Source: Methanobacteriota archaeon
GTDB lineage: Archaea; Thermoplasmatota; Thermoplasmata; UBA10834
NCBI GenBank assembly: GCA_037439985.1
Contig: JBBIUZ010000001.1
Coordinates: 2,002 to 60,794 of the forward strand
Direction of reading: 5' to 3'
Length of the DNA: 58,793 nucleotides
A program made the position numbers and the translations under genes. Shown in pieces: positions 26,761 through 37,489 of this stretch (positions are counted from its first letter, which is position 1; every line of letters begins with the position of its first letter). The notes beneath the pieces are model-generated. The model searched no databases and had not been told where the DNA came from. It worked only from the letters and a program-made list of their open reading frames with translations.

Positions 26761-28738
26761 CCTTCACCACCTCCGTCCCCTCGTCGTAGTCGACCTCGCC
26801 TTCCTCGCCCTCGTCGGCCTCCTCCGCTGGCCCCTCCTCGGTTATCTTCAGGTGCTCGAGGTCCCAGTCCCCCGGCAGTACCTCCGCGCCTATGACCGAC
26901 GCCGAGTCGATGCCGCTCACGTACAGCTCGTTCTCGTCGTGCTGCTCCTGGGGCACGCCGTGCAGGTCGAAGCTGAGGTCCAGCATGTCCGTCGACGAGA
27001 GCCGCTTGACCTCCCAAGTGACCTTGTTGCCATCGCGGACCTCAATGGGCTGCATCTTCAGCGTCCTCTGGTCCACATTCTCGTATGGGAGGAGCATGTG
27101 TAGATGGAAGCCCTGCGACTTTGGGGTGTAGTTGTACATCCTCACCGAGATGTGGTGCCTGTTCTTCTCGAACTTGACATCGTCGTCTATCCAGACGACG
27201 TTCATGATCTTGGTGATCGTCCCCGCGAGCTTCGGGACGGGCTTCCCGACGATCTTCGCGGCCTTCTGAGCGATCATGGGTATGATGTCCTGGACGATCT
27301 CGAACTTCACCCTCGTCTTGCTCTTCCTGGCGGCCTTGTTGAGGTGCGTCTTGAGCCTCCTCGCGCACGCCTTGAGCGCGAGCTCGATCTCCTCCCTGAT
27401 CTCTGGGACATTCGCGATGGCCTCCTTCGACTCGGATGTGAAAGGCACCTTGGTGGACGCGACGTGGACGAGTATGATGGCGGGGCCGAACGGGATGCCC
27501 TGCCCGCCCCTCTGCTCGAGCCCGTACCTCCTCCAGTCCACCGCCTCGACGGCCTGGGTGATCGCGCACGCGCCCTGCTGGTACATGAGCGGCACGCGGT
27601 TCGCGAACCTCAGTATCTGGACGGGCTCCTCGCTGTTGAGCCCTCCCCCGTAGACTATCCCAACCTCGACGGTGAACGGGTTGCCAGCGTAGACCTTCGG
27701 CTCCCTGGTGACGGGCGGGGCGTAGAAGTCCGCCTTGAGGTCCCCCAGGACGTTCTTCAGGCCCTTGCGGATCAGGGTCTCTCCGATCGGGGACAGGCAC
27801 TCCGTCTCGGGAGACATTATCTTGACCTTCTTGATGGCCTCGAGGATGGCCCCCGCCTGCTCCAGAGTCATCTTGTCCGGCCTCTGCTCCGGCGGGACAC
27901 TTGCGAGCTCGCATATCTCCCTCGCTACCCTGTATGATATCCGGGAGAACTCGGTGTTGAGGAAGCTTGTCACCTTGAGCGATTCCGTGTACTTTGCCAT
28001 GCTGAGCAGCTCGCCCAGCTCGACCCCCTCGGGGTGCGGCTTGATCTCGGTTGTCGGCCTCGGGACGGCGTCCGAGGCCCTCTCGAAGACGACGGTGTTC
28101 CCTTCGGGAGGCGCGAACGTGATCCTCGCGTGCGGGTTGACTATCGCGACGCCCTTGAGGTACTCGAACACCGACTGCTTTCCGTTGATGTACTTGCCCT
28201 TCACGTTTACCTGGAAGCTCGTGCCGTGCGGCCGGTCCCAGATGACGAAGTCCTCCCTGATGATGTCCGGCTTGTTCTTCTTCGTGTCGAGGATGAGCTC
28301 GCACTCGTAGGCGACATCCTCGTCGGAGATCTTCGACCTCACTCTTGCGGGCTTGCCGGTCGTGAGCTGGCCGTACATCACGACCGCGGACACGCCGATC
28401 CCCTGTTGCCCCCTCCGCTGCGCCCTCGTGTGGAACCTGGAGCCGTACAGGAGCCTCGCGAACACGTTGGGCACCTGCTTCTTGACTATCCCCGGGCCGT
28501 TGTCCTCGACCGTCACGCGGTACTCCTTCTCGTCGATCCTCTCTATCCGCACGAGGAGTTCCGGGAGGACGCGGGCGTCCTCGCACGCGTCCAGGCTGTT
28601 GTCCACGGGCTCCTTCACGGTCGTGATGAGCGCCCGCGTGAGAGAGTCGAACCCGAGGATCTGCTTGTTCTTCTCGAAGAACTCCGAGACGGAAATCTCC
28701 TTCTGCTTCTTGGCTAGCTCATGAGCTATGGAAGACAG
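26750..28738 (-). CDS. top6B: DNA topoisomerase VI subunit B (GHKL ATPase); start assigned to a near-cognate CTG
   Basis: [27 protein letters not shown]. The conserved N-terminal strap [27 protein letters not shown] is encoded upstream of the first canonical start (GTG 28618). CTG 28736-28738 lies 9 nt downstream of GGAGG (28748-28752 on the plus strand, read as cctcc). Confidence 0.8.
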   Translation of the reverse strand: MSSIAHELAKKQKEISVSEFFEKNKQILGFDSLTRALITTVKEPVDNSLDACEDARVLPELLVRIERIDEKEYRVTVEDNGPGIVKKQVPNVFARLLYGSRFHTRAQRRGQQGIGVSAVVMYGQLTTGKPARVRSKISDEDVAYECELILDTKKNKPDIIREDFVIWDRPHGTSFQVNVKGKYINGKQSVFEYLKGVAIVNPHARITFAPPEGNTVVFERASDAVPRPTTEIKPHPEGVELGELLSMAKYTESLKVTSFLNTEFSRISYRVAREICELASVPPEQRPDKMTLEQAGAILEAIKKVKIMSPETECLSPIGETLIRKGLKNVLGDLKADFYAPPVTREPKVYAGNPFTVEVGIVYGGGLNSEEPVQILRFANRVPLMYQQGACAITQAVEAVDWRRYGLEQRGGQGIPFGPAIILVHVASTKVPFTSESKEAIANVPEIREEIELALKACARRLKTHLNKAARKSKTRVKFEIVQDIIPMIAQKAAKIVGKPVPKLAGTITKIMNVVWIDDDVKFEKNRHHISVRMYNYTPKSQGFHLHMLLPYENVDQRTLKMQPIEVRDGNKVTWEVKRLSSTDMLDLSFDLHGVPQEQHDENELYVSGIDSASVIGAEVLPGDWDLEHLKITEEGPAEEADEGEEGEVDYDEGTEVVKDEE

Positions 28739-28752
28739 ACGATCGCGCCTCC
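28736..28752 (-). promoter_or_regulatory. Shine-Dalgarno GGAGG plus putative CTG initiation codon of top6B
   Basis: The minus strand reads GGAGGcgcgatcgtCTG. Confidence 0.5.
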
Positions 28753-28921
28753 GCGAGAACGTGTGTGAATTGCTGACCTGACGTGCATCCCGAAAGAAGT
28801 GTATGGGTTCCCGACATAAATGTATTGCGCGGCCGTTCGGATAGGTGTAGGCACCGATTCGGGCAGGATTGGCAGTGCGCCCTTCGCCTAGCTCGATCCT
28901 CTGTCCCCGCGCCGCTCCTCC

Positions 28922-29929
28922 TCAGTCGAACTTCTCGCCGCACTTCGGACACACGGTCGCGTCCGCCGGGACGTCCGCGCCGCACTCGGAGCACACGAAG
29001 GTCTCACGCCCCTCGAGCCCCATCGCCTGCTTCTGTAGGCTCTTCACCTTGGTCTCCTCCTTCGGCTTCTCGGCCTCCTCCTTGACGCGGTCCTCCTCCC
29101 ACTTGCGCATGTGGTCCTCGCGCATCTTCCTGGTCCTTCTGGTCCACCAGATCATTAACACGATTATCGCGTAGGCGAAGAACGTGTTGGGGAATGCGTT
29201 GCTGAAGGCATAGGGCGTGAGCACGGCCAGGACGGTGAGCGTGTCCTTGGCTATCGGCCCTGGGAGCCAATACGGGTTCCCGCCGGTGTAGGTGGCCGCG
29301 AGATACCATTTCCCGCTCACATTGGCCCAGTAGACATAGGCATTCACAGGCTGGGAGAGCTTCGTGTTGTATCCGTAGACCACGTCCGCCTCGCCTGTCG
29401 TGACGTTCGTTACATTCCTGTAGAGCTCGGTCATGGTCAGGTTGTTGACTTGGTAAGACGGAAACCTGACTGACTGGATGAGCAGGAGGACTTCCGATAC
29501 GCTGGACGATTTGTTTGCCAGGTGCACCGTGACGGTGTATCGGTAGACCGTGGAGCCGTCTCCATACAGGGGCTGCAGGGTGCCGTTCCTGAGCGTCAGG
29601 CCGGCGTCGTCGCTCACGCCCGTCTTGTACTGTATGTGCTGGTAATGGTCCGTGAGCGTCACCGCGTACACCCCCGAGAAGATGAGGCAGGCCACGACCC
29701 CGATGATGAGGAGCTTCTTCAGGCCCTTTATGCCCGAGTACCAGCAGAGGCCAACGAGCACCACGGGCGGTATCAGCGGGCTGAGACAGACACCAGACGC
29801 GTAGACGGCGACGAGGTAGTAGACCCCGGCGGAGAGCGCGACCAAGCTTGGCACGATGAACGGGGTCTTCGCGAACTTGTCGAACTGCTCCTTGAGGCGT
29901 TTCTGCAGCCGTTGGGCCGGAGTCTCCAT
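28922..29929 (-). CDS. Membrane protein with an extracytoplasmic N-glycosylation-sequon-rich domain and a C-terminal zinc ribbon
   Basis: Several TM helices, multiple N-x-S/T sites, a Lys/Glu-rich linker, and C-terminal CSECGADVPADATVCPKCGEKF. Confidence 0.6.
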   Translation of the reverse strand: METPAQRLQKRLKEQFDKFAKTPFIVPSLVALSAGVYYLVAVYASGVCLSPLIPPVVLVGLCWYSGIKGLKKLLIIGVVACLIFSGVYAVTLTDHYQHIQYKTGVSDDAGLTLRNGTLQPLYGDGSTVYRYTVTVHLANKSSSVSEVLLLIQSVRFPSYQVNNLTMTELYRNVTNVTTGEADVVYGYNTKLSQPVNAYVYWANVSGKWYLAATYTGGNPYWLPGPIAKDTLTVLAVLTPYAFSNAFPNTFFAYAIIVLMIWWTRRTRKMREDHMRKWEEDRVKEEAEKPKEETKVKSLQKQAMGLEGRETFVCSECGADVPADATVCPKCGEKFD

Positions 29930-30035
29930 GTTTCAAGGCAATCGGGTTGCCGGATAAATACCTTCTCAGCTTCGGGCTGGACGGAGCGATGGTAGTCGTT
30001 AAATACTCAGTTCCCCGTGGACAGAGCTTCCACAG

Positions 30036-30050
30036 GGAGGGCCCAGCACG
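30036..30050 (+). promoter_or_regulatory. Shine-Dalgarno GGAGG plus putative ACG initiation codon of arcC
   Basis: GGAGGgcccagcACG. A TTAAATA element at 29999-30005 sits about 30 nt upstream of the SD. Confidence 0.45.
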
Positions 30051-31013
30051 AAGACCGCGGTCATAGCCGTCGGAGGGAATGCCATCCTTCGCTCGGGCGA
30101 GAAGCCGACGCAGGAGAACCAGCTCCGGAACGTCGCGCTGACATGCAAGGGACTCGCGGACCTGATCCATCACGGTTACGACATCGTCCTCACGCACGGC
30201 AACGGCCCCCAGGTGGGCGACATACTTCTTAGGAACGAGATCGCGAGGTCCCACATACCTCCCATGGGCATGGACGTGTGCGACGCCGAGAGCCAGGGGC
30301 AGATCGGCTACATGCTCCAGCAGGCTCTGTCGTCCGAGTTCGTCCAGAGGGGGATGGACAAGGTCGCGGTGGCGCTCATCACACAGGTGATAGTGGCCGA
30401 GGACGACCCGGCATTCAAGAACCCGACGAAGCCGATCGGCGGGTACTACCAGTACCAGGAGGCCAAGAGGCTCCAGAAGGAGAAGGGCTGGACGATGGCT
30501 CTCGACAAGAAGCGCGGCGGGTACAGGCGGCTCGTCCCGTCGCCCGACCCCATCGGGATAGTCGAGAGCAAGCCCGTCCGGAGACTCGTGTTCGGCGGGG
30601 AGCACCAGGCGGAGGTCGTGATAGCCTGCGGCGGAGGCGGGATACCGGTCGTCAGGCGCGGCGGCAGGTACGTCGGCGTCGAGGCCGTGGTCGACAAGGA
30701 CCTCGCGGCCGCGATGCTCGCGACGAGCATACACGAGAAGCTGTTCGTCATGGCGACGGATGTCCAGAACGTGTTCCTCGACTTCGGCACCATCACCCAG
30801 AGGCCGGTGCTGAGGGCCTCGCTGTCTGAGATCAAGAAGCACTACGCCGATGGTCAGTTCGCCCCGGGAAGCATGGGTCCCAAGATCCTGGCTGCGATAC
30901 GGTTCCTGGAGGGAGGGGGCGAGGAGGTCGTGATCGCATCGACGGAGACGCTCTTCGACGCCCTGGAGAAAGACGCTGGAACCCATATCTATCGGGACGA
31001 CATCAAGGTCTGA
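30048..31013 (+). CDS. arcC: Carbamate kinase; start assigned to a near-cognate ACG
   Basis: KTAVIAVGGNAIL, VLTHGNGPQVG, ACGGGGIPVV, VDKDLAAAMLA. After the TAA at 30000-30002 there is no ATG/GTG/TTG in frame until GTG 30213. GGAGG (30036-30040) lies 7 nt before ACG 30048. Confidence 0.75.
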   Translation, partial: TKTAVIAVGGNAILRSGEKPTQENQLRNVALTCKGLADLIHHGYDIVLTHGNGPQVGDILLRNEIARSHIPPMGMDVCDAESQGQIGYMLQQALSSEFVQRGMDKVAVALITQVIVAEDDPAFKNPTKPIGGYYQYQEAKRLQKEKGWTMALDKKRGGYRRLVPSPDPIGIVESKPVRRLVFGGEHQAEVVIACGGGGIPVVRRGGRYVGVEAVVDKDLAAAMLATSIHEKLFVMATDVQNVFLDFGTITQRPVLRASLSEIKKHYADGQFAPGSMGPKILAAIRFLEGGGEEVVIASTETLFDALEKDAGTHIYRDDIKV

Positions 31014-31017
31014 GCCA

Positions 31018-32118
31018 ATGGCCAACATCGAGGAGCAGATCAGGGAGATAGAGGACGAGCTGGCCAGGACGCAGTACAACAAGAAGACCCAGCACCACAT
31101 CGGCAGGCTCAAGGCCAAGCTGGCAAGGCTCAGAGACGAGGCGGAGCTGCGCAGGTCCAAGGGCCCCAAGGCTGCGGGCTACGCCGTCAAGAAGTCCGGG
31201 AACGCGACGGTCGCGATCGTGGGCTTCCCGAGCGTGGGCAAGTCCACGCTCCTGAACAAGATCACCAACGCGCAGAGCGAGGTCGCCGCGTACCAGTTCA
31301 CGACCCTGACTTGCGTCCCTGGGATCATGGAGTACAAGGGCGCTAAGATACAGGTCCTGGACCTGCCCGGGCTGATAAAGGACGCTTCGAAGGGCAAGGG
31401 CCGCGGCCGGGAGGTGCTCTCGGTCGTCCGCTCCGCGGACCTCATCCTGCTCATGATCGACGTCTTCGAGACGAACATCCAGGTGCTGGTCGATGAGCTC
31501 AGAACCGCCAACCTGAGGCTCAACCAGGCCCGGCCGGATATCGTCATCGCCAAGAAGAACAGGGGCGGCATCACCGTCAACTTCACGACCCGCCAGTCGA
31601 CGCTGGACGAGGACCTGGTCGTCGAGATGATGAACGAGTACGGCCACATCAACGCCGACATCGTGATAAGGGACGACGTCGACGAGGACCAGCTCATCGA
31701 CTACATCTCGGGGAACAGGCTGTACATCCCCGCGATAGTCGCGATAAACAAGACCGACCTGGTCCAGCCGGACTACCTGAAGCAGATCGAGAGGCGGCTC
31801 AAGGGCTGGACGCTCATCCCCATCTCGGCGGAGAACGAGATCGGCCTCGACAGGCTGAGGGAGGAGATGTTCGACGCCCTGAGGTTCATACGCATCTACA
31901 TGAGGCCTCAGGGCAAGGAGGCAGACCTGGCCGAGCCCCTGGTCATAAAGGACGGCTCGGACATAGGCATGGTCTGCGACTCGATCCACAGGGACTTCAG
32001 GAGGAGCTTCAGGTACGCCCAGGTCTGGGGGAAGAGCGCGAGGTTCCCTGGGCAGATCGTCGGGCTGGACCACAGGGTCGCGGACAAGGACATCGTGACC
32101 ATCATCGTGAAGCGCTAG
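31018..32118 (+). CDS. DRG/Obg-family GTPase with C-terminal TGS domain
   Basis: GFPSVGKSTLLN (G1), DLPG (G3), NKTD (G4), and a C-terminal TGS-like segment GQIVGLDHRVADKDIVTII. Confidence 0.9.
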   Translation: MANIEEQIREIEDELARTQYNKKTQHHIGRLKAKLARLRDEAELRRSKGPKAAGYAVKKSGNATVAIVGFPSVGKSTLLNKITNAQSEVAAYQFTTLTCVPGIMEYKGAKIQVLDLPGLIKDASKGKGRGREVLSVVRSADLILLMIDVFETNIQVLVDELRTANLRLNQARPDIVIAKKNRGGITVNFTTRQSTLDEDLVVEMMNEYGHINADIVIRDDVDEDQLIDYISGNRLYIPAIVAINKTDLVQPDYLKQIERRLKGWTLIPISAENEIGLDRLREEMFDALRFIRIYMRPQGKEADLAEPLVIKDGSDIGMVCDSIHRDFRRSFRYAQVWGKSARFPGQIVGLDHRVADKDIVTIIVKR

Positions 32119-32220
32119 CCAGTGCGGCCTCGAGATTGCCGCCGCCGACAGGACGGGATTGTCAAGAATCAAAACGTGGGGAAAAGAGTTTGGGGCGATG
32201 AAGAAAGTGGCCGAGCTCGC

Positions 32221-32442
32221 TCAGGCCTTCTTCATCAGCTTCATGAAACCGCCGCCCTCGTGGATCTCTAGACCCTTTGAGGCGACGATCTGCTCGAACT
32301 CGGGCCAGTCGATGACCTCTACCCTTGGGCTCCCCCCTCGGGTGAACTCCAGCTCGGAGGTCCCGCGGACCTTCCCGGGCTTCAAGTTCTTCTCAGTCGC
32401 GATTTCCTTCGCCCGCTCGAGAGATATTGGCTTCATTGGCAC
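32221..32442 (-). CDS. Small hypothetical protein (about 73 aa)
   Basis: GGAGG lies 8 nt upstream of GTG 32442, with a TATA-like CCTTTATATG further upstream. The composition is protein-like. No family recognised. Confidence 0.4.
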   Translation of the reverse strand: MPMKPISLERAKEIATEKNLKPGKVRGTSELEFTRGGSPRVEVIDWPEFEQIVASKGLEIHEGGGFMKLMKKA

Positions 32443-32589
32443 TGTGCATCCCTCCGTGCGTCGGATTCCTCCGACACCGACCTCATGGCCGTCTGACATA
32501 TAAAGGATTTTCGCTGGCCTGTCTCAGGATTGGTGCTGGACAACTGTCCGACGATGCCTGGCGGTCCTACGACGCCCAGCCCCGCGCCC

Positions 32590-33915
32590 CTAGAGCAGCA
32601 CGGTCAGCATGAGGGTCGAGACGAACAGCGTCGCCATGGCGATCGGGAACCCCACGAGGGTGAACTTCCAGAAGTCGACGGCGACGCCCTTCGCCTCCGC
32701 CTTCTCGGCCACGATGACGTTCGCCGCAGCCCCGAGGATGGTCGCGTTCCCCGCGAGGGTCGACGAGGCAGCGAGAGCGATCCAGAGCTGGGACTGGCTG
32801 ACGGGTATGAGCGCGCCCAGGATCAGGACCGCTGGGACGTTGCTGACTAGGTTCGACAGCAGCGCCGTCAGGGCGGCCAGCCATGCGATCGTGGGCTGGC
32901 CCCCTGCACCGAACCCGGGGAAGAAGCCCTTGATGTCGTTGAGGAGCGAGGACTCGGTCACTCCCTGGATCACCACGAACAGGCCGATGAAGAACAGTAT
33001 GATGGACCAGTCCACCCCATCCAGCAACTCCTTGGAGCCGACGTCGCTGAGCAGCGGCACGACCAGCAGGGCCAGCACCCCGCCGACCAGGGCGATGACG
33101 GCTATCGGGGCCCCTATGAGGTGGCTCGTCACGAAGGCCACGAAGGTTCCCGCGGTGATGACCAGCAGCGCGATGAGAGCCACCCTGCGCTCAATGAGCT
33201 TCTTGTAGCCTGACCTGGCCGTCGCATCGCCGTTCACGATGTCCTTCTCGAAGCATTTCCACCCGTCGGTCTCGATCTTCTTCCGGAAGTCCTCGACGCT
33301 GCCCTTCTCGATGTCCTTCCTGTACACGAGGTAGATGACCGCGATCGCGACGAGCATGCACACTGCGGACACCGGTATCAGCTTGGCGGAGAAGCTGGCG
33401 AAGGCGATCCCCGTCTGCGCGGCCACATAGGCGTTCTGCGGGTTCCCCACCTCCGTCGCCACGCTGCCGATGTTGGCCGAGATAGCCTCCGCGATCAGGA
33501 ATGGAACCGGGTTGGACTTCAGCAGCCTGCAGGTTCGCACGATTATCGGCGTGAAGATGAGCACGATCGTGTCGTTCAGCACGAGCGCGGAGAGGGTCGC
33601 CGTGACGACCATCGTGAGCACGAGGAAGCTGAACTGGTTCCTCGAGTACTTGATCATCCTGAGGGAGACCCATTCGAAGAAGCCGCAAAGCTCCAGGCCA
33701 GCGACCAGGAGCATCATGCCGATGAGGAGTATGATGATGTTCAGGTTGATCGCCGCGAGCGCGTCGTCGGGCCTGACCACGCCGAAGATTACCATCAGCG
33801 CCGCGCCGATCAGCGCCGCGGCGGCCCTGTCGATGCGTACCTTGGGGAATCTCCTGATGGATATCAGGGCGTAGGTGACCAGGAATATCACGAGGGCGAC
33901 CCAGGTCGGAGCCAT
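32590..33915 (-). CDS. ArsB/NhaD-superfamily (citrate transporter-like) permease
   Basis: About 12 TM helices in two halves separated by a hydrophilic loop. The segments SANIGSVATEVGNPQN and LAGNATILGAAANVIV are typical of this superfamily. The start was taken at MAPTW. Confidence 0.75.
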   Translation of the reverse strand: MAPTWVALVIFLVTYALISIRRFPKVRIDRAAAALIGAALMVIFGVVRPDDALAAINLNIIILLIGMMLLVAGLELCGFFEWVSLRMIKYSRNQFSFLVLTMVVTATLSALVLNDTIVLIFTPIIVRTCRLLKSNPVPFLIAEAISANIGSVATEVGNPQNAYVAAQTGIAFASFSAKLIPVSAVCMLVAIAVIYLVYRKDIEKGSVEDFRKKIETDGWKCFEKDIVNGDATARSGYKKLIERRVALIALLVITAGTFVAFVTSHLIGAPIAVIALVGGVLALLVVPLLSDVGSKELLDGVDWSIILFFIGLFVVIQGVTESSLLNDIKGFFPGFGAGGQPTIAWLAALTALLSNLVSNVPAVLILGALIPVSQSQLWIALAASSTLAGNATILGAAANVIVAEKAEAKGVAVDFWKFTLVGFPIAMATLFVSTLMLTVLL

Positions 33916-33965
33916 CAGGCAAGGGAACGATTCCTGGCATATGAATCTGAGCTTCAGTCTCCCCA

Positions 33966-33979
33966 AAAGGATTAAGAAA
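33966..33979 (+). promoter_or_regulatory. TATA-like element (AAAGGATTAAGAAA) 22 nt upstream of the hisS ATG
   Basis: An AT-rich block in the divergent hisS/permease intergenic region. Confidence 0.35.
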
Positions 33980-34001
33980 GGGCGGGCCCTTCTTGCGCCC
34001 G

Positions 34002-35261
<1,260 letters not shown>

Positions 35262-35302
35262 CGGCGAAAGGCCTTGAGAAGACAGAGGAAAGAATGGATT
35301 TC

Positions 35303-35325
35303 CCATCCGGGCCTGTCCCGGATGG
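35303..35325. terminator. Perfect 9-bp stem / 5-nt loop hairpin between convergent hisS and gdhA
   Basis: CCATCCGGG cctgt CCCGGATGG. Confidence 0.45.
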
Positions 35326-35351
35326 TCTGTGGTTTCTGAGCTGACGCGTGC

Positions 35352-36605
35352 CTACGGGTAGAAGCCCCTCAGCTTCGTCGCGTCCGCGACTCTCTTCACG
35401 GCCACGAGGTACGCGGCGTCCCTCATGTTGCACTTGTACTTCTCGTGCATGTCCCAGACCTCGTGGAACGCCGTCGTGATCTTGTGGTCCAGGCGCTCGT
35501 TGACCTCTTCCTCGGTCCAGTAGTAGTTGTAGTTGTTCTGGACCCATTCGAAGTAGCTCACCGTGACGCCGCCGGAGTTGGCGAGTATGTCCGGGAGCGC
35601 GAGCACGCCGTTCTTCCACATTACCGCGTCCGCCTCGAAGGTCGTCGGGCCGTTCGCGCCCTCTGCCAGTATCTTCGCCTTGATCTTGCCGGCGTTGTCC
35701 TTCGTGATGACGTTCTCGAGAGCGCATGGGAGCAGTATGTCCACCTTGAGCTCCAGGATCGCCTCGTTGCTGATAGGCTTCGAGCCGGGGTAGCCCTTGA
35801 CGCTCTTCGTCTTGACCTTGTGCGCCCAGACATCATCGTACTTGAGGCCGTTCTCGTTGACGATCCCGCCCTGCGAGTCGCTTACGGCGATGACCTTGCA
35901 GCCGAAGTCGCGCTCGATCAGCTTGTGGGCGAACGCGCCGACATTGCCGTATCCCTGGATAGCGACGGTCGCGCCCTTCAGGTTCAGACCGATCTTCTTC
36001 GCGGCCTCCCTGACGCAGAACACGAGCCCCCTCGAGGTCGCCTCGGGTCTTCCGAGCGAGCCTCCGATCTCCCTCGGCTTGCCCGTGATGACTCCCGGGA
36101 CGGCGTAGCCCTTGGTCATGCTGAACGTGTCCATTATCCAGGCCATCTCCTTGCCGCCAGTGTTCACATCGGGGGCCGGGATGTCCTTCTCAGGGCCGAT
36201 GATGATCGATATCTCGGACGCGTACCTGCGCGTCATCCTCTCAATCTCGCCCAAGGACATCTTCTTCGGGTCGCATATGATGCCGCCCTTCGCCCCGCCG
36301 TAGGGGATGTCCACCGTCGCGGTCTTCCAGGTCATCCAGGACGAGAGCGCCTTGACCTCGTCCAGATCCACCTGGGGGTGGTATCTGATGCCGCCCTTGA
36401 ACGGGCCGCGAGCCTCGTTGTGCTGCACCCTGTATCCAGTGAAGACCCTGACCGAGCCGTCATCCATCTTCACCGGGAAGTTGACCGTAAGCTCCCTTTT
36501 CGGGTTCTTAAGAACTTCCAGCATTCCTGGGTCCAGGTCAAGGGTCTTCCCTGCCTTGTCGACCATCTTCTTCATTTCTTCGAACGGATTCGCTTTGCCT
36601 GCCAT
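35352..36605 (-). CDS. gdhA: Glutamate dehydrogenase (Glu/Leu/Phe/Val dehydrogenase family)
   Basis: GPFKGGIRYHP, PYGGAKGG (catalytic Lys), GYGNVG (NAD(P) motif). 417 aa. Confidence 0.9.
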   Translation of the reverse strand: MAGKANPFEEMKKMVDKAGKTLDLDPGMLEVLKNPKRELTVNFPVKMDDGSVRVFTGYRVQHNEARGPFKGGIRYHPQVDLDEVKALSSWMTWKTATVDIPYGGAKGGIICDPKKMSLGEIERMTRRYASEISIIIGPEKDIPAPDVNTGGKEMAWIMDTFSMTKGYAVPGVITGKPREIGGSLGRPEATSRGLVFCVREAAKKIGLNLKGATVAIQGYGNVGAFAHKLIERDFGCKVIAVSDSQGGIVNENGLKYDDVWAHKVKTKSVKGYPGSKPISNEAILELKVDILLPCALENVITKDNAGKIKAKILAEGANGPTTFEADAVMWKNGVLALPDILANSGGVTVSYFEWVQNNYNYYWTEEEVNERLDHKITTAFHEVWDMHEKYKCNMRDAAYLVAVKRVADATKLRGFYP

Positions 36606-36900
36606 TCTAACACCATTGGCCTACACCCTCGCGCGAGCTCTCCCGCCGCGAGTGATGACTGTGGGAGCGCATGGGGAGTGCCGATTTAAACCTTGCCTAA
36701 CAACTATGGCCCCGCTGCCGCAAGAAATGCGACGTCCCGCCCCTCTTTGCCATAGGTTCTTCGAACCGCGAGCGCTGGAGTTGGAAGACATGCCTCGTTT
36801 CGTCACCGACGTTCGAAAATGTACGACCAGGCGGGGGTGTCCTGTCCGAATGCGCAGCGGAGGCCCGCAAGCGCGGCTATCGGCTTGGCGGCGCTACATG

Positions 36901-37455
36901 CTAGCGGAGGTCGAATCCGACGAGGATGGATGCGAGCCTTGGGTCGTCGTCGAGTCCCGCCTTCTTCCTCAGGAAGTGGTCCCCGGCAGTCGAAGGGCTC
37001 GAGGAGAGGACCGAGCGCACCCCATCGATGCGCTCGACCTCCTCGAAGGGCACTGGCGGGAGGACGAACCTCGCGCCGGCCGATGTGTTCCTGTCCGCGA
37101 AGACGACGAAGTCCTTGCCGAGCATGAGTATCTTCCCAGGGCCGGTCGGGGGGCTCTCCCCGGGCAACAGCTCTCTGCCGATCTCATCCCCCCTGTCGTT
37201 GACAAGGACGACGGTCGGTTTCGGAGGGCCTCTGAAGGTGCTGTCCTTGATGATGCACGCCACGCGCTGCCTCCCCAGGCAATCCAGGACCCCCTCGTTG
37301 CGCACGCTCAAGGGGCCGATGGAAGGGTACATGCTCTCCAGCTCCGCCAGCCCCTTGCGCATCTCCCTCGTGAGGTAGAACGAGCGCTTCACGCCGCGCA
37401 TCGCCGAGAGGACCCTCAGGACCTCGCCCTGTACCTGCTGCTCCGCCTTGGACAA
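36901..37455 (-). CDS. Hypothetical protein; TTG start assumed (alternatives are 37524 or ATG 37401)
   Basis: Protein-like composition and codon bias, with no motif recognised. Starting at 37524 would overlap the upstream PDO gene by 35 nt. Confidence 0.45.
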   Translation of the reverse strand: MSKAEQQVQGEVLRVLSAMRGVKRSFYLTREMRKGLAELESMYPSIGPLSVRNEGVLDCLGRQRVACIIKDSTFRGPPKPTVVLVNDRGDEIGRELLPGESPPTGPGKILMLGKDFVVFADRNTSAGARFVLPPVPFEEVERIDGVRSVLSSSPSTAGDHFLRKKAGLDDDPRLASILVGFDLR

Positions 37456-37489
37456 CGGACGGGGGAATGCTCCGCCAGATAGATGAATC

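Noticed and set aside
29004-31169. 721-aa minus-strand ORF, the longest unassigned ORF in the track
   Set aside because: It runs antisense to the well-supported arcC gene and out of frame through the zinc-ribbon membrane gene. Its translation is Arg/Pro/Gly/Leu-rich with no motifs, which is typical of spurious long ORFs in GC-rich DNA.
36652-36658. GTGATGA (C-box-like) in the gdhA upstream region, a possible C/D box sRNA
   Set aside because: No CTGA D box or terminal complementarity within the following 50-70 nt. The adjacent TTTAAA element is more simply read as the gdhA TATA box.
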